From assembly GCA_910587205.1 (NCBI GenBank), contig CAJULZ010000001.1, positions 1,889 to 65,888 of the forward strand: 64,000 nucleotides of DNA, written 5' to 3'. Shown one piece after another: positions 9,715-18,030 of the stretch. The notes under the pieces were generated by a model. The model saw only the letters and a program-made list of their open reading frames with translations, was not told where the DNA came from and made no database searches. Positions within the stretch are counted from its first letter, which is position 1; every line of letters begins with the position of its first letter. This DNA is from an uncultured Oscillospiraceae bacterium. Its GTDB lineage: Bacteria; Bacillota; Clostridia; Oscillospirales; Oscillospiraceae. The translations under genes were made by a program, and so were the position numbers.

Positions 9715-9930
9715 ATGATCGTTCTGACGAAACGCAACCACGAAAAATTCCTTGTCAACCATCTTCAAATCGAGTATATTGAAACCATCCCGGAATCCAA
9801 GATCGTTATGATGAACCACGACTATTACCTCGTTCGCGAGAGCACCGAGGAGATCATAGAAAAGATCGCGCGCTATAACGCCAAGGTGATGGATATCCAG
9901 CGCGAGGTCACCGTTGTAGACAAACGGTAA
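9715..9930 (+). CDS. flbD: Flagellar protein FlbD (SwrD/YlzI family)
   Basis: MIVLTKRN..FLVN...IE.IE..P....V.ES.EEII pattern, AGGAGG RBS. Lies between flgE and motA. Confidence 0.88.
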   Translation: MIVLTKRNHEKFLVNHLQIEYIETIPESKIVMMNHDYYLVRESTEEIIEKIARYNAKVMDIQREVTVVDKR

Positions 9931-9986
9931 CATAGAGAAAACGGCGGCAGGTCATGCCCCGCCCGTTTTGGAGGTAGTGCTGTAGT

Positions 9987-10835
9987 ATGAATATTACCTA
10001 TATTGTCGGTCTTGTGCTGGCTATTGTCGTGTTCTTGCTGGGCATTGTGATGGGCATCAACGTCCCGCCCCAGGAAGGACAGAAGCTTATTGAATTTACC
10101 CCCGGCAACCTTATCAACTTCTTTGACGCGGCCAGTATTTTCATCGTTATCGGCTGTACCTTCGCCATCGTGGTGGCCAGCTTTCCCGGCAGCACTCTGG
10201 CGGCCATCCCGAAGCATTTCGGCATCATCCTGAACGCAAAGAAGTTTAACCCCATGGGATACATCGACGAGCTGGTGGATCTGGCCCAGACCGCCCGGAA
10301 AAACGGCCTGCTGGCCCTGGAAGGAAAGGCCAACGAGCAGAACGACCCCTTTTTCAAACAGGCCATCATGCTCATCGTGGACGCCAACGACCCGGACAAG
10401 GTTCGGGCCATCCTGGAGAACGACATCGAATGTATGTCCGCCCGGCATGAGGACGCCGCGTCGCTGTACGACAAGGCATCGTCGGTTGCCCCGGCCTTCG
10501 GCATGGTGGGTACGCTGGTGGGCCTGATCAATATGCTCAACGGCATGGAGATCGGCGGGGACGGCGCGTCCAGCCTGGGCAAAGACATGGGTACCGCCCT
10601 GATCACCACCCTGTACGGCTGTATCCTGGCCCACATGATCTTCGGCCCCATCGCCAACAACCTGCGTATCCGGGACGGCGAGGAAGTGCTGTGTAAGCAG
10701 ATCATCGTAGAGGGCATTATGTCCATCCAGTCCGGCGAGAACCCCAAGGCGCTGAAGGAAAAGCTGCTTACCTATATGTCCCAGAAGCAGCGGGAGACCG
10801 GCGGCGGCGGCAAAGGCTCCGGCGGCGGGGAGTAA
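9987..10835 (+). CDS. motA: Flagellar stator A subunit (MotA/MotP/PomA family)
   Basis: Four TM segments, ARKNGLLALE, APAFGMVGTLVGLI, ALITTLYG and IQSGENP motifs. Confidence 0.95.
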   Translation: MNITYIVGLVLAIVVFLLGIVMGINVPPQEGQKLIEFTPGNLINFFDAASIFIVIGCTFAIVVASFPGSTLAAIPKHFGIILNAKKFNPMGYIDELVDLAQTARKNGLLALEGKANEQNDPFFKQAIMLIVDANDPDKVRAILENDIECMSARHEDAASLYDKASSVAPAFGMVGTLVGLINMLNGMEIGGDGASSLGKDMGTALITTLYGCILAHMIFGPIANNLRIRDGEEVLCKQIIVEGIMSIQSGENPKALKEKLLTYMSQKQRETGGGGKGSGGGE

Positions 10836-10862
10836 TCCCGGTGGTAAGGAGATGACAATCTC

Positions 10863-11666
10863 ATGAAAAAGAAAAAGAGCGGCGGCGGCGGCGCAAACTG
10901 GATGGATACATACGGCGACATGGTAACACTGCTGCTTTGTTTCTTCGTCCTGCTGTATTCCATGTCCACCATCAGCGAGGAGAAGTGGCGGGCCATCGTC
11001 ACCAGCTTCAACCCCAACGCCATCCTCACCCCAACGGAAAACTCGGGCAACGACGGCCCCAATGCCGACAACGTGGAGAACCCCGGCAAGGACAGCCTGG
11101 TGTACCAGCAGGAGGCCATCAACAACCTGGTTGACGAGCTCTATGAGATGATCCAGCAGATGATAGGCCAGGAGGGCCTGGAGAGCAGTGTGCAGGTGAG
11201 CGAGAAGGGCGGCAAGATCTATATCACCTTCAGCGACCAGGTGTTTTTTGCCCCGGATAAGTCCCAGCTGCTGGATGGCGGCAAGGAGGTCCTGCTGAAG
11301 CTGGCCGGCATTCTGGACCAGTCCAAGGACGCGATTGAGGAGATCCGGGTCCAGGGTCACACCGCCCAGGGGAGTCCCGACCGGCGCAATGACCCGGCGT
11401 TCGACCGTGAATTGTCCAGCTTCCGCGCCCTGAGAGTGGTGCTGTTCCTCCAGGAGAACTCCTCGATCCACCCCGCCCGACTGGTGGGTGAGGGCTGGGG
11501 TCAGTGGCACCCCATTGCCAGCAATCAGCAAGAGGAAACCAAGCGGTTTAACCGCCGGGTGGAAATGATCATCACCGGCCGCGACCTGGATTTGGAAGCG
11601 GCAGGCGAGGCCATCCAGACCTACGTGAGCCAGGACAACGCGGACATGGGCCTGGATGAGCAATAG
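10863..11666 (+). CDS. motB: Flagellar stator B subunit (MotB/MotS/PomB family)
   Basis: WMDTYGDMVTLLLCFFVLLYSMS TM motif and an OmpA-like PG-binding domain (VQGHT, LS..RA, NRRVE). Confidence 0.95.
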   Translation: MKKKKSGGGGANWMDTYGDMVTLLLCFFVLLYSMSTISEEKWRAIVTSFNPNAILTPTENSGNDGPNADNVENPGKDSLVYQQEAINNLVDELYEMIQQMIGQEGLESSVQVSEKGGKIYITFSDQVFFAPDKSQLLDGGKEVLLKLAGILDQSKDAIEEIRVQGHTAQGSPDRRNDPAFDRELSSFRALRVVLFLQENSSIHPARLVGEGWGQWHPIASNQQEETKRFNRRVEMIITGRDLDLEAAGEAIQTYVSQDNADMGLDEQ

Positions 11667-11709
11667 GCCGTTTACTTTCTAAATTCAGCAGATCAGGTGA
11701 GGTGATTCG

Positions 11710-12738
11710 ATGGCTGAGGTATTGTCGCAGAGCCAGATCGACGCGCTCTTAAACTCTATGCGCAGCGGCGGCGATGCGGGCCAGACGGAGGAAAAACAGC
11801 CGGAGAAAAAATACCGGAAATATGACTTCACCACCCCCCGCAAGTTCACCAAGGACCGGATCAAAATGCTTAACGGCATTTTTGAGAACTATACCCGGGT
11901 TGTCAGTTCCCGGCTCAACGCGCAGCTGCGCACCACCTTTGAGATCGAGGTGGAGAGCATTGAGGAACAGAAATTCTATGAGTTCAACAACGCCCTCCTG
12001 GAGGGGGACGTGTTGGCCATGGTAAACGTGACGGTCCATTCCCGGGAGGCGGAGGGCGAGGATATCCAGGCGGAGGACCCGGTGATGGTCTACCTCTCCA
12101 CGCCAACGGCGCTGGGGATGATGGATCGCATGATGGGCTGCGAAGGGGAGAGCACAGAGCAGGAGATCCCCATGGGATACGCCTATACCGACTTGGAGCT
12201 ACAGCTATACGAGCACCTGATGAAAGATATTGTAGCGCTGATGGGGAGCAGCTGGGAGAACTATGTGCCCATCACCTTCGAGTATGAGCGCACCCAGGTG
12301 AACCCAACTCTGGTTACGCTGCTGAACCTGGACGAGACGGTGGTGCTGGTGGACATGAGGCTCACCTTTGGCGGCAGTGAGGGGCGCATGAGCGTTGTGC
12401 TGCCGGGCAATGTGCTGATGAGCGTCTTTGGCGAGGTCAGCCGGGAGAGCATGGGCCGGAAGGCGGCCAGCGAGGATAACTCGGAGGAGATTTTCGACCA
12501 GCTGCGGGATTCTACCCTGGAGATCATTGCGGAGCTGGGCGACACCCAGCTCTCTCTGAGCGATATTTACCACCTGAATGTGGGCGACGTACTGGATCTG
12601 GGCCGCCCGAAGGATTCGCCGGTGTTCCTGGAGATCGGCGGGTACCAGTGGTTTACTGGACGCATGGGGACGCACAAGAAAAACATGGCCATCAAGATAG
12701 ACGAGGTATGCTATTCGGCCGAACAAAGGAGCGAGTAA
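11710..12738 (+). CDS. fliM: Flagellar motor switch protein FliM
   Basis: N-terminal VLSQSQIDALL CheY-binding peptide, YDF..P.KF, C-terminal SpoA domain. Confidence 0.95.
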   Translation: MAEVLSQSQIDALLNSMRSGGDAGQTEEKQPEKKYRKYDFTTPRKFTKDRIKMLNGIFENYTRVVSSRLNAQLRTTFEIEVESIEEQKFYEFNNALLEGDVLAMVNVTVHSREAEGEDIQAEDPVMVYLSTPTALGMMDRMMGCEGESTEQEIPMGYAYTDLELQLYEHLMKDIVALMGSSWENYVPITFEYERTQVNPTLVTLLNLDETVVLVDMRLTFGGSEGRMSVVLPGNVLMSVFGEVSRESMGRKAASEDNSEEIFDQLRDSTLEIIAELGDTQLSLSDIYHLNVGDVLDLGRPKDSPVFLEIGGYQWFTGRMGTHKKNMAIKIDEVCYSAEQRSE

Positions 12739-12741
12739 GCG

Positions 12742-14256
12742 ATGGAGAAGGAAATGTTCAGCTCAATGGCGATTGACGCCTTGGGCGAGATGATGAATAT
12801 CAGCCTTGGCTCCTCGGCCACTGCGGTGTCTAATATGCTGGACCATCGGGTGGATATCACCACACCCACGGTCACGGTGGTGGACGTCAAGGATTTCTCC
12901 CTTGGGAACCTGGAGCCGGCCATCGGCGTGGAAATCCGGTATGTTGAGGGCCTGGAGGGCAGCAATATCATGCTGCTCAAGCGCAGCGACATCAAGGTCA
13001 TTGTAGACATACTTATGGGTATGGAGACGCCTGACGAGGAGTTTGAGCTCAACGAGCTGACCATCAGCTGTGTGTGCGAGGTCATGAACCAGATGATGGG
13101 CTCGGCGGCCACCGCCATGTCCGACTTCCTGGGGTTCCGGGTAGATATTTCCACGCCGGAGTCCTTTGAGCTGGATGATTTGGAGCAGTTCAAGAAGGAG
13201 CACATGCCGGCAGGTGCGGACCAGGTGGTGGTGGTCCGGTTCTTCCTGAAGATTGAAAACGCGCTGGAAAGCGAGTTTATGAACGTAATGTCCGTGGGAC
13301 TGGCCAAGGAGCTGATCAAGAGTCTGGGGCTGGAGGACGAGGTGACCAGCGCGGGAGGCTCTGCCCCCGCCGCAGAGCCCGCGCCGGAGCCCGCGGTAAG
13401 CAACCGGCAGATGAGCCAGGAAGAGATCGAGGCGATGCTGGCGGGTACGCCGGATCAGGCCGCGGAGGCCGCCCCTGCCCCCGCAGCGGAATCGGAGTCC
13501 AGCAGCCGGAAGATGAGCCAGGAGGAGATCGAGGCAATGCTCCATGGCGGCGCCGCGGCGGAGCCTGCTCCAGAGTCCTCCGGCGGTGACCGGAAAATGA
13601 GCCAGGAGGACATTGAGCGGATGCTGTCTGGAATGGACAGCTCGCCTGCCCCTGCCCCCGCACCGACGCCTGCCCCCGCGTCCGCTCCTGCCCCGGTGCC
13701 TGGCCCATCTGGGCCGGCGGCGGCCCAAACCCAACCCCAGCCCCCGGTCCAGATGGGCCAACCGGGGCAGATGCCAATGGCACCCTATCCCATGCCCGGG
13801 CCGGACGGGCAGATGCAGGGCGGTTACATGGGATATCCCCCCATGTATTACCCGCCGTACCCATATCCTTATCCGCCGCAGCAGCCTGAGGCTGTGGTTC
13901 AGAAGGCGCCCCCCGAACCCAAGGTCATCGCTACCAAGCCGGTTCAAATGGAGGAGATGGACCCCCTGGATCGGTTGGGCAAGGAACAGGCGCAGAACCT
14001 GGATCTCATCATGGAGGTGCCCCTCCAGGTGACGGTGGAGATCGGTCGGGCCCGCCGGAAGGTTCAGGACATCCTGGAGTTTGCCAAGGGCTCCTTGGTG
14101 GTGCTGGATAAGCTGGCCGGCGACCAGGTGGATCTGTTCGTCAACGGGAAATGCATTGCCCGGGGTGAAGTGGTGGTCATTGAGGACAACTTCGGCGTGC
14201 GCATTACTGAAATTGTCCAGACGCCCGCCATTGAAATGCTGGCAACCAACAGGTGA
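12742..14256 (+). CDS. fliY: Flagellar switch phosphatase FliY (CheC-like domain plus FliN/SpoA domain)
   Basis: Two ExxN phosphatase motifs (GEMMN, CEVMN), a long Pro/Ala linker, C-terminal FliN domain (NLDLIMEVPLQVTVEIG...GEVVVIEDNFGVRI). Confidence 0.92.
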   Translation: MEKEMFSSMAIDALGEMMNISLGSSATAVSNMLDHRVDITTPTVTVVDVKDFSLGNLEPAIGVEIRYVEGLEGSNIMLLKRSDIKVIVDILMGMETPDEEFELNELTISCVCEVMNQMMGSAATAMSDFLGFRVDISTPESFELDDLEQFKKEHMPAGADQVVVVRFFLKIENALESEFMNVMSVGLAKELIKSLGLEDEVTSAGGSAPAAEPAPEPAVSNRQMSQEEIEAMLAGTPDQAAEAAPAPAAESESSSRKMSQEEIEAMLHGGAAAEPAPESSGGDRKMSQEDIERMLSGMDSSPAPAPAPTPAPASAPAPVPGPSGPAAAQTQPQPPVQMGQPGQMPMAPYPMPGPDGQMQGGYMGYPPMYYPPYPYPYPPQQPEAVVQKAPPEPKVIATKPVQMEEMDPLDRLGKEQAQNLDLIMEVPLQVTVEIGRARRKVQDILEFAKGSLVVLDKLAGDQVDLFVNGKCIARGEVVVIEDNFGVRITEIVQTPAIEMLATNR

Positions 14257-14322
14257 CAATAACCCCCGCAGGACCCCCGCGAGGTACACAATATATCAAT
14301 TGGAAAAGGATGGATCAATACC

Positions 14323-14691
14323 ATGGCTAAGAAAATTTTGTTAGTGGACGACGCCGCTTTTATGCGCAAGATGATCAAGGACACGCTGACCAAGAACGGT
14401 TATACCGAGGTTTTTGAGGCCGTCGACGGCGCGGACGCGGTGGAGAAGTTCAGCGAGATCGCGCCCGACCTGGTGGTCATGGATATCACCATGCCGAATA
14501 TGGACGGGCTGGAGGCCCTGAAGGCCATCCGCGCCAAGGACGGCAGCGCCAACGTGGTCATGTGCTCCGCCATGGGCCAGGAGTCCATGGTTATGGACGC
14601 GGTACGTTCCGGCGCCAAGGACTTCATCGTCAAACCCTTCAAGCCGGACCGTGTGCTCAAAACCGTCACCTCGATCCTGGGAGCGCCCTGA
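14323..14691 (+). CDS. cheY: Chemotaxis response regulator CheY
   Basis: Stand-alone receiver domain: VDDAAFMR, MDITMPNMDG, SAMGQ, FIVKPF. Confidence 0.95.
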   Translation: MAKKILLVDDAAFMRKMIKDTLTKNGYTEVFEAVDGADAVEKFSEIAPDLVVMDITMPNMDGLEALKAIRAKDGSANVVMCSAMGQESMVMDAVRSGAKDFIVKPFKPDRVLKTVTSILGAP

Positions 14692-14696
14692 CCGGG

Positions 14697-15098
14697 ATGC
14701 CCCTTCGCAAATTCAACCTCGGCCTGGAGGCGACGGCTCTGGACAGCATCCTCTCTTTGGTTTGGCTGCTGGTCTGTGTGCTGGTCATTGTGGCGCTTGC
14801 CTACCTGTTCACCAGATATGTGGTGGGCCGCGGGGGTGGGATGATGGGGCTCACCGGCGGGACGGAGCGGTTCAAAGTGCTCTGCCGCCTGTCCCTGGGG
14901 CGGGAGCAGTCCGCGGCGCTGGTGCGGGCAGGGGGACGGTATTTCCTGCTGGGCATTACCCCGTCCAGCGTGTCCCTTCTGGCGGAGCTGGGGGAGGAGG
15001 AGGCCAAGGCGCTATATGTCCCCCAGTCGGATCAGCCCGCGCCGCCCAGCTTCGGCGAGGCCCTGCGTACCGTACTCAAGCAAAAGAAACCGAGGTGA
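14697..15098 (+). CDS. fliO: Flagellar biosynthesis protein FliO/FliZ
   Basis: One TM helix, then LSLG.....LV.AG.RYFLLGIT...V.LL.EL. Lies between cheY and fliP. Start uncertain (ATG 14697 or CTG 14739). Confidence 0.85.
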   Translation: MPLRKFNLGLEATALDSILSLVWLLVCVLVIVALAYLFTRYVVGRGGGMMGLTGGTERFKVLCRLSLGREQSAALVRAGGRYFLLGITPSSVSLLAELGEEEAKALYVPQSDQPAPPSFGEALRTVLKQKKPR

Positions 15099-15105
15099 GG
15101 ACAGG

Positions 15106-15777
15106 ATGCCGACCGACAGCTTAATCAACATTAACGGTGACAGCGTGCAGACCCTTGAGGTGCTGTTCCTCACCACGATGATCGCCCTGCTGCCCTCCAT
15201 GCTGGTGATGATGACCTCGTTTACCAGGTATATCATCTCCCTGTCCTTCCTGCGTACCGCTATGGGAACTCAGCAGACCCCGCCCAACGTGGTGATGGTG
15301 GGCATTGCGCTGTTTCTCACCCTGATTACCATGAACCCGGTGCTTACCCGCATCCAGACGGAGGCGTGGGAGCCGTATACCAATGAGGAGATCGGCCAGG
15401 AGGAGTTCATCGACCGGGCGTCCCTCCCCCTCAAGCAGTTCATGCTGGACAACATCAAATGGGACACTCTGGAGATGTACTGTGAGCTGGCCCATATAGA
15501 CGTGCCGGAGACCCGGGCCCAGGCGGAGGCGGAGACGCCGCTGCGCCTCATTGTCCCCGCTTTTATGACCCAGGAACTGCAGCGGGCGTTCTACACCGGG
15601 TTCCTGCTGTATATCCCCTTCCTGCTCATTGATGTGATCGTGTCCTCCACACTGATGTCCATGGGCATGATTATGCTGCCGCCGGCCATGATTTCTACCC
15701 CGTTTAAGCTGCTCCTGTTTGTGTCTGTGAACGGCTGGGAGCTGATGTTCTCCACGCTGATCCAGGGCGTGAACTGA
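15106..15777 (+). CDS. fliP: Flagellar export gate protein FliP
   Basis: MMTSFTR, GTQQTPPN, PAF...EL..AF..GF, LMSMGMIMLPP and PFKLLLF motifs. Confidence 0.96.
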   Translation: MPTDSLININGDSVQTLEVLFLTTMIALLPSMLVMMTSFTRYIISLSFLRTAMGTQQTPPNVVMVGIALFLTLITMNPVLTRIQTEAWEPYTNEEIGQEEFIDRASLPLKQFMLDNIKWDTLEMYCELAHIDVPETRAQAEAETPLRLIVPAFMTQELQRAFYTGFLLYIPFLLIDVIVSSTLMSMGMIMLPPAMISTPFKLLLFVSVNGWELMFSTLIQGVN

Positions 15778-15800
15778 GTTGACCCGAGAAAGGAGCCGCC

Positions 15801-16061
15801 ATGGATACCACGCAGACAATGGATTTGGTCCGGGATGCCGTGGGCATAGCCATCAAGCTGGCCAGCCCCATGCTGCTGCTGAGTATGCTGGTAGGCGTGG
15901 TGGTGGCCATTTTCCAGGCGGTCACTCAGATCCATGAGCAGACCATCTCTTTTGTACTTAAGCTGATTGTGGTAATTGGTGTGCTGCTCCTGGGCGGCGG
16001 CTGGATGCTGGACACCCTACGAGATTACACCTATGAAATCTTCTCGCTGATCAGGAGCTGA
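15801..16061 (+). CDS. fliQ: Flagellar export gate protein FliQ
   Basis: 86 aa hydrophobic protein with FQAVTQIHEQTISFV.K. Confidence 0.96.
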   Translation: MDTTQTMDLVRDAVGIAIKLASPMLLLSMLVGVVVAIFQAVTQIHEQTISFVLKLIVVIGVLLLGGGWMLDTLRDYTYEIFSLIRS

Positions 16062-16063
16062 AT

Positions 16064-16828
16064 ATGCTTGATTGGGCAGAATTGACGCTGTTCCTGTTTA
16101 TCAATGCCCGTGTGAGCGGGTTCATCCTGTTCAACCCTATCCTGGGCAGGAACAACGTCCCGGCTGCGGTGCGCGCCGGCATGGCGTTGGTGCTGTCGGT
16201 GTTTGTGGCGTCCATAACCACCCAACAGGCTCCCGAACCTGTGGGGGTGGCGGAGCTGATGGTGCGTCTGGCGCTGGAGATGGGGCTTGGGTACCTGCTG
16301 GGGATGGCGGTAAACTTCTTTTTCTATATCCCGCAGCTGGCCGGGTCCATGATCGACACCCAGATGGGTATGACCATGAACCAGATGTATGACCCAGGCA
16401 CCTCCGCCAATATGTCGGTGAGCGGCATGATCTTGAATGCGCTGATGACCCTGCTGTTTTTCGCGGCAGGGGGACACCTGACCCTGATGCGAATTTTCCT
16501 TACGTCCCAGGACATCGTGCCCCTGGGCGGTGTGCCCGTGGGGGTGCCCGCGTTGCAGTACCTGTTGGAGCTGTTTATTGAGTGCACAGTGCTGGCGGTG
16601 AAGCTGTGTATGCCCATTCTGGCGGCGGAGCTTATTGCGCAGGTGGGTATGGGGGTGCTGATGAAAGTGATTCCCCAGATCAACGTGTTTGCCATCAACA
16701 TTGAGCTGAAGGTTATCGTAGGGCTGGTGCTGTTGTTCATGCTTATGATCCCCTTCAGCGAGTTTTTGATCCAGGTGGAGGCGTCTATGCTGGACAGCCT
16801 CCATCAGATTCTGGTGATAGCCGGATGA
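16064..16828 (+). CDS. fliR: Flagellar export gate protein FliR
   Basis: Multi-TM protein with AG..ID.QMG, DP, GGH and PQINVF motifs. Confidence 0.95.
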   Translation: MLDWAELTLFLFINARVSGFILFNPILGRNNVPAAVRAGMALVLSVFVASITTQQAPEPVGVAELMVRLALEMGLGYLLGMAVNFFFYIPQLAGSMIDTQMGMTMNQMYDPGTSANMSVSGMILNALMTLLFFAAGGHLTLMRIFLTSQDIVPLGGVPVGVPALQYLLELFIECTVLAVKLCMPILAAELIAQVGMGVLMKVIPQINVFAINIELKVIVGLVLLFMLMIPFSEFLIQVEASMLDSLHQILVIAG

Positions 16829-16923
16829 ATGTCCAGCCCGGAACAATTAAGCGATCAACCCAGCCCCTTCCCACGCCCTGCTGAGGAAGCGGGCGCGACT
16901 GCGGCGGCAAGGGGGGATGGACG

Positions 16924-17994
16924 TTGGCCGAAGGGAATAAGACCGAAAAAGCGACACCAAAAAAGCGACGGGACGAACGAAAAAAGGGCAACGTCTTTAT
17001 GAGCCGGGATGCGGTGGCGGTAGCCAGCCTGCTGGGCACCTTCGCCGTCTTGTGGCTTCTTACCGGGGCCTTTGCCGAGCAGCTTGGCGGGTTTATGAGG
17101 TTGTGCTTGTCCACCATAGGGGAGGAGCCCCAAGAGGTGGGCAGCGTATCCGGTGAATTGGCGGTGCAGGCCATCGCAGTGGTGCTCCAGACTGTGGGGC
17201 CGGTGGTGGCGGCTGCGATACTATGCGCCGTGGGCGCGACCTTTGCCCAGACCCGGTTTCTGGTGAGTGGAGAGTCTATCAAACCGAAATTCAGCCGTCT
17301 CAGCCCGCTTCAGGGCATCAAGAGGCTGTTTTCCCTGAAAAGCATGGTTGAGACCTTGAAAAACTTGGTCAAGATCGCAATTCTGCTGGCCATTGTTTTT
17401 TTGAGCATCCGGGATATGCTTTTGGAGAGCTCCCGATATCTGTACACGGAGATAAACCCTGCCGTAGCCCACCTTGTGGAAGTGGCGGGGGGGATGGTGC
17501 TACGGATCAGCATTGCCTTTGTTGTGGTGGCCGCCATGGATTTCTTCTACCAGTGGTGGGAGTACGAGCGGCAGATGAAAATGACCAAGCAGGAGGTCAA
17601 AGAGGAATACAAGCAGATGGAGGGCGACCCTCAGGTGAAGGGGAAGATCAAGGAGATCCAGCGCCGCCGGGCCCAGCAGCGGATGATGCAGCAGGTGCCT
17701 GGGGCGGATGTGGTTATCCGGAACCCGACCCACTTCGCCGTGGCCCTGCGCTACAAGCCGGACCAGGACGATGCCCCTATTATGCTGGCCAAGGGCCAGG
17801 ATAACGTTGCTATGCGCATCGTCCAGATTGCTGAGGAGCACAAGATCGCCGTGATTGAGAATGTGCCCCTGGCCCGGGCGTTGTACGCCCAGGCAGAGCT
17901 GAACCAGTTTATCCCCCAGGACTTATACGGGCCGGTGGCGGAAGTACTGGTATACATCTTTAAGCTGAACGAGAAGAAGCAGGTTGTGAAGTGA
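16924..17994 (+). CDS. flhB: Flagellar export switch protein FlhB
   Basis: KTEKATPKK, KMTKQEVKEEYKQMEGDP and the NPTH autocleavage site. TTG start. Confidence 0.97.
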   Translation: MAEGNKTEKATPKKRRDERKKGNVFMSRDAVAVASLLGTFAVLWLLTGAFAEQLGGFMRLCLSTIGEEPQEVGSVSGELAVQAIAVVLQTVGPVVAAAILCAVGATFAQTRFLVSGESIKPKFSRLSPLQGIKRLFSLKSMVETLKNLVKIAILLAIVFLSIRDMLLESSRYLYTEINPAVAHLVEVAGGMVLRISIAFVVVAAMDFFYQWWEYERQMKMTKQEVKEEYKQMEGDPQVKGKIKEIQRRRAQQRMMQQVPGADVVIRNPTHFAVALRYKPDQDDAPIMLAKGQDNVAMRIVQIAEEHKIAVIENVPLARALYAQAELNQFIPQDLYGPVAEVLVYIFKLNEKKQVVK

Positions 17995-18030
17995 CGGCCG
18001 TATCCACACCCTACCAGGAGGTAAGCGCCC

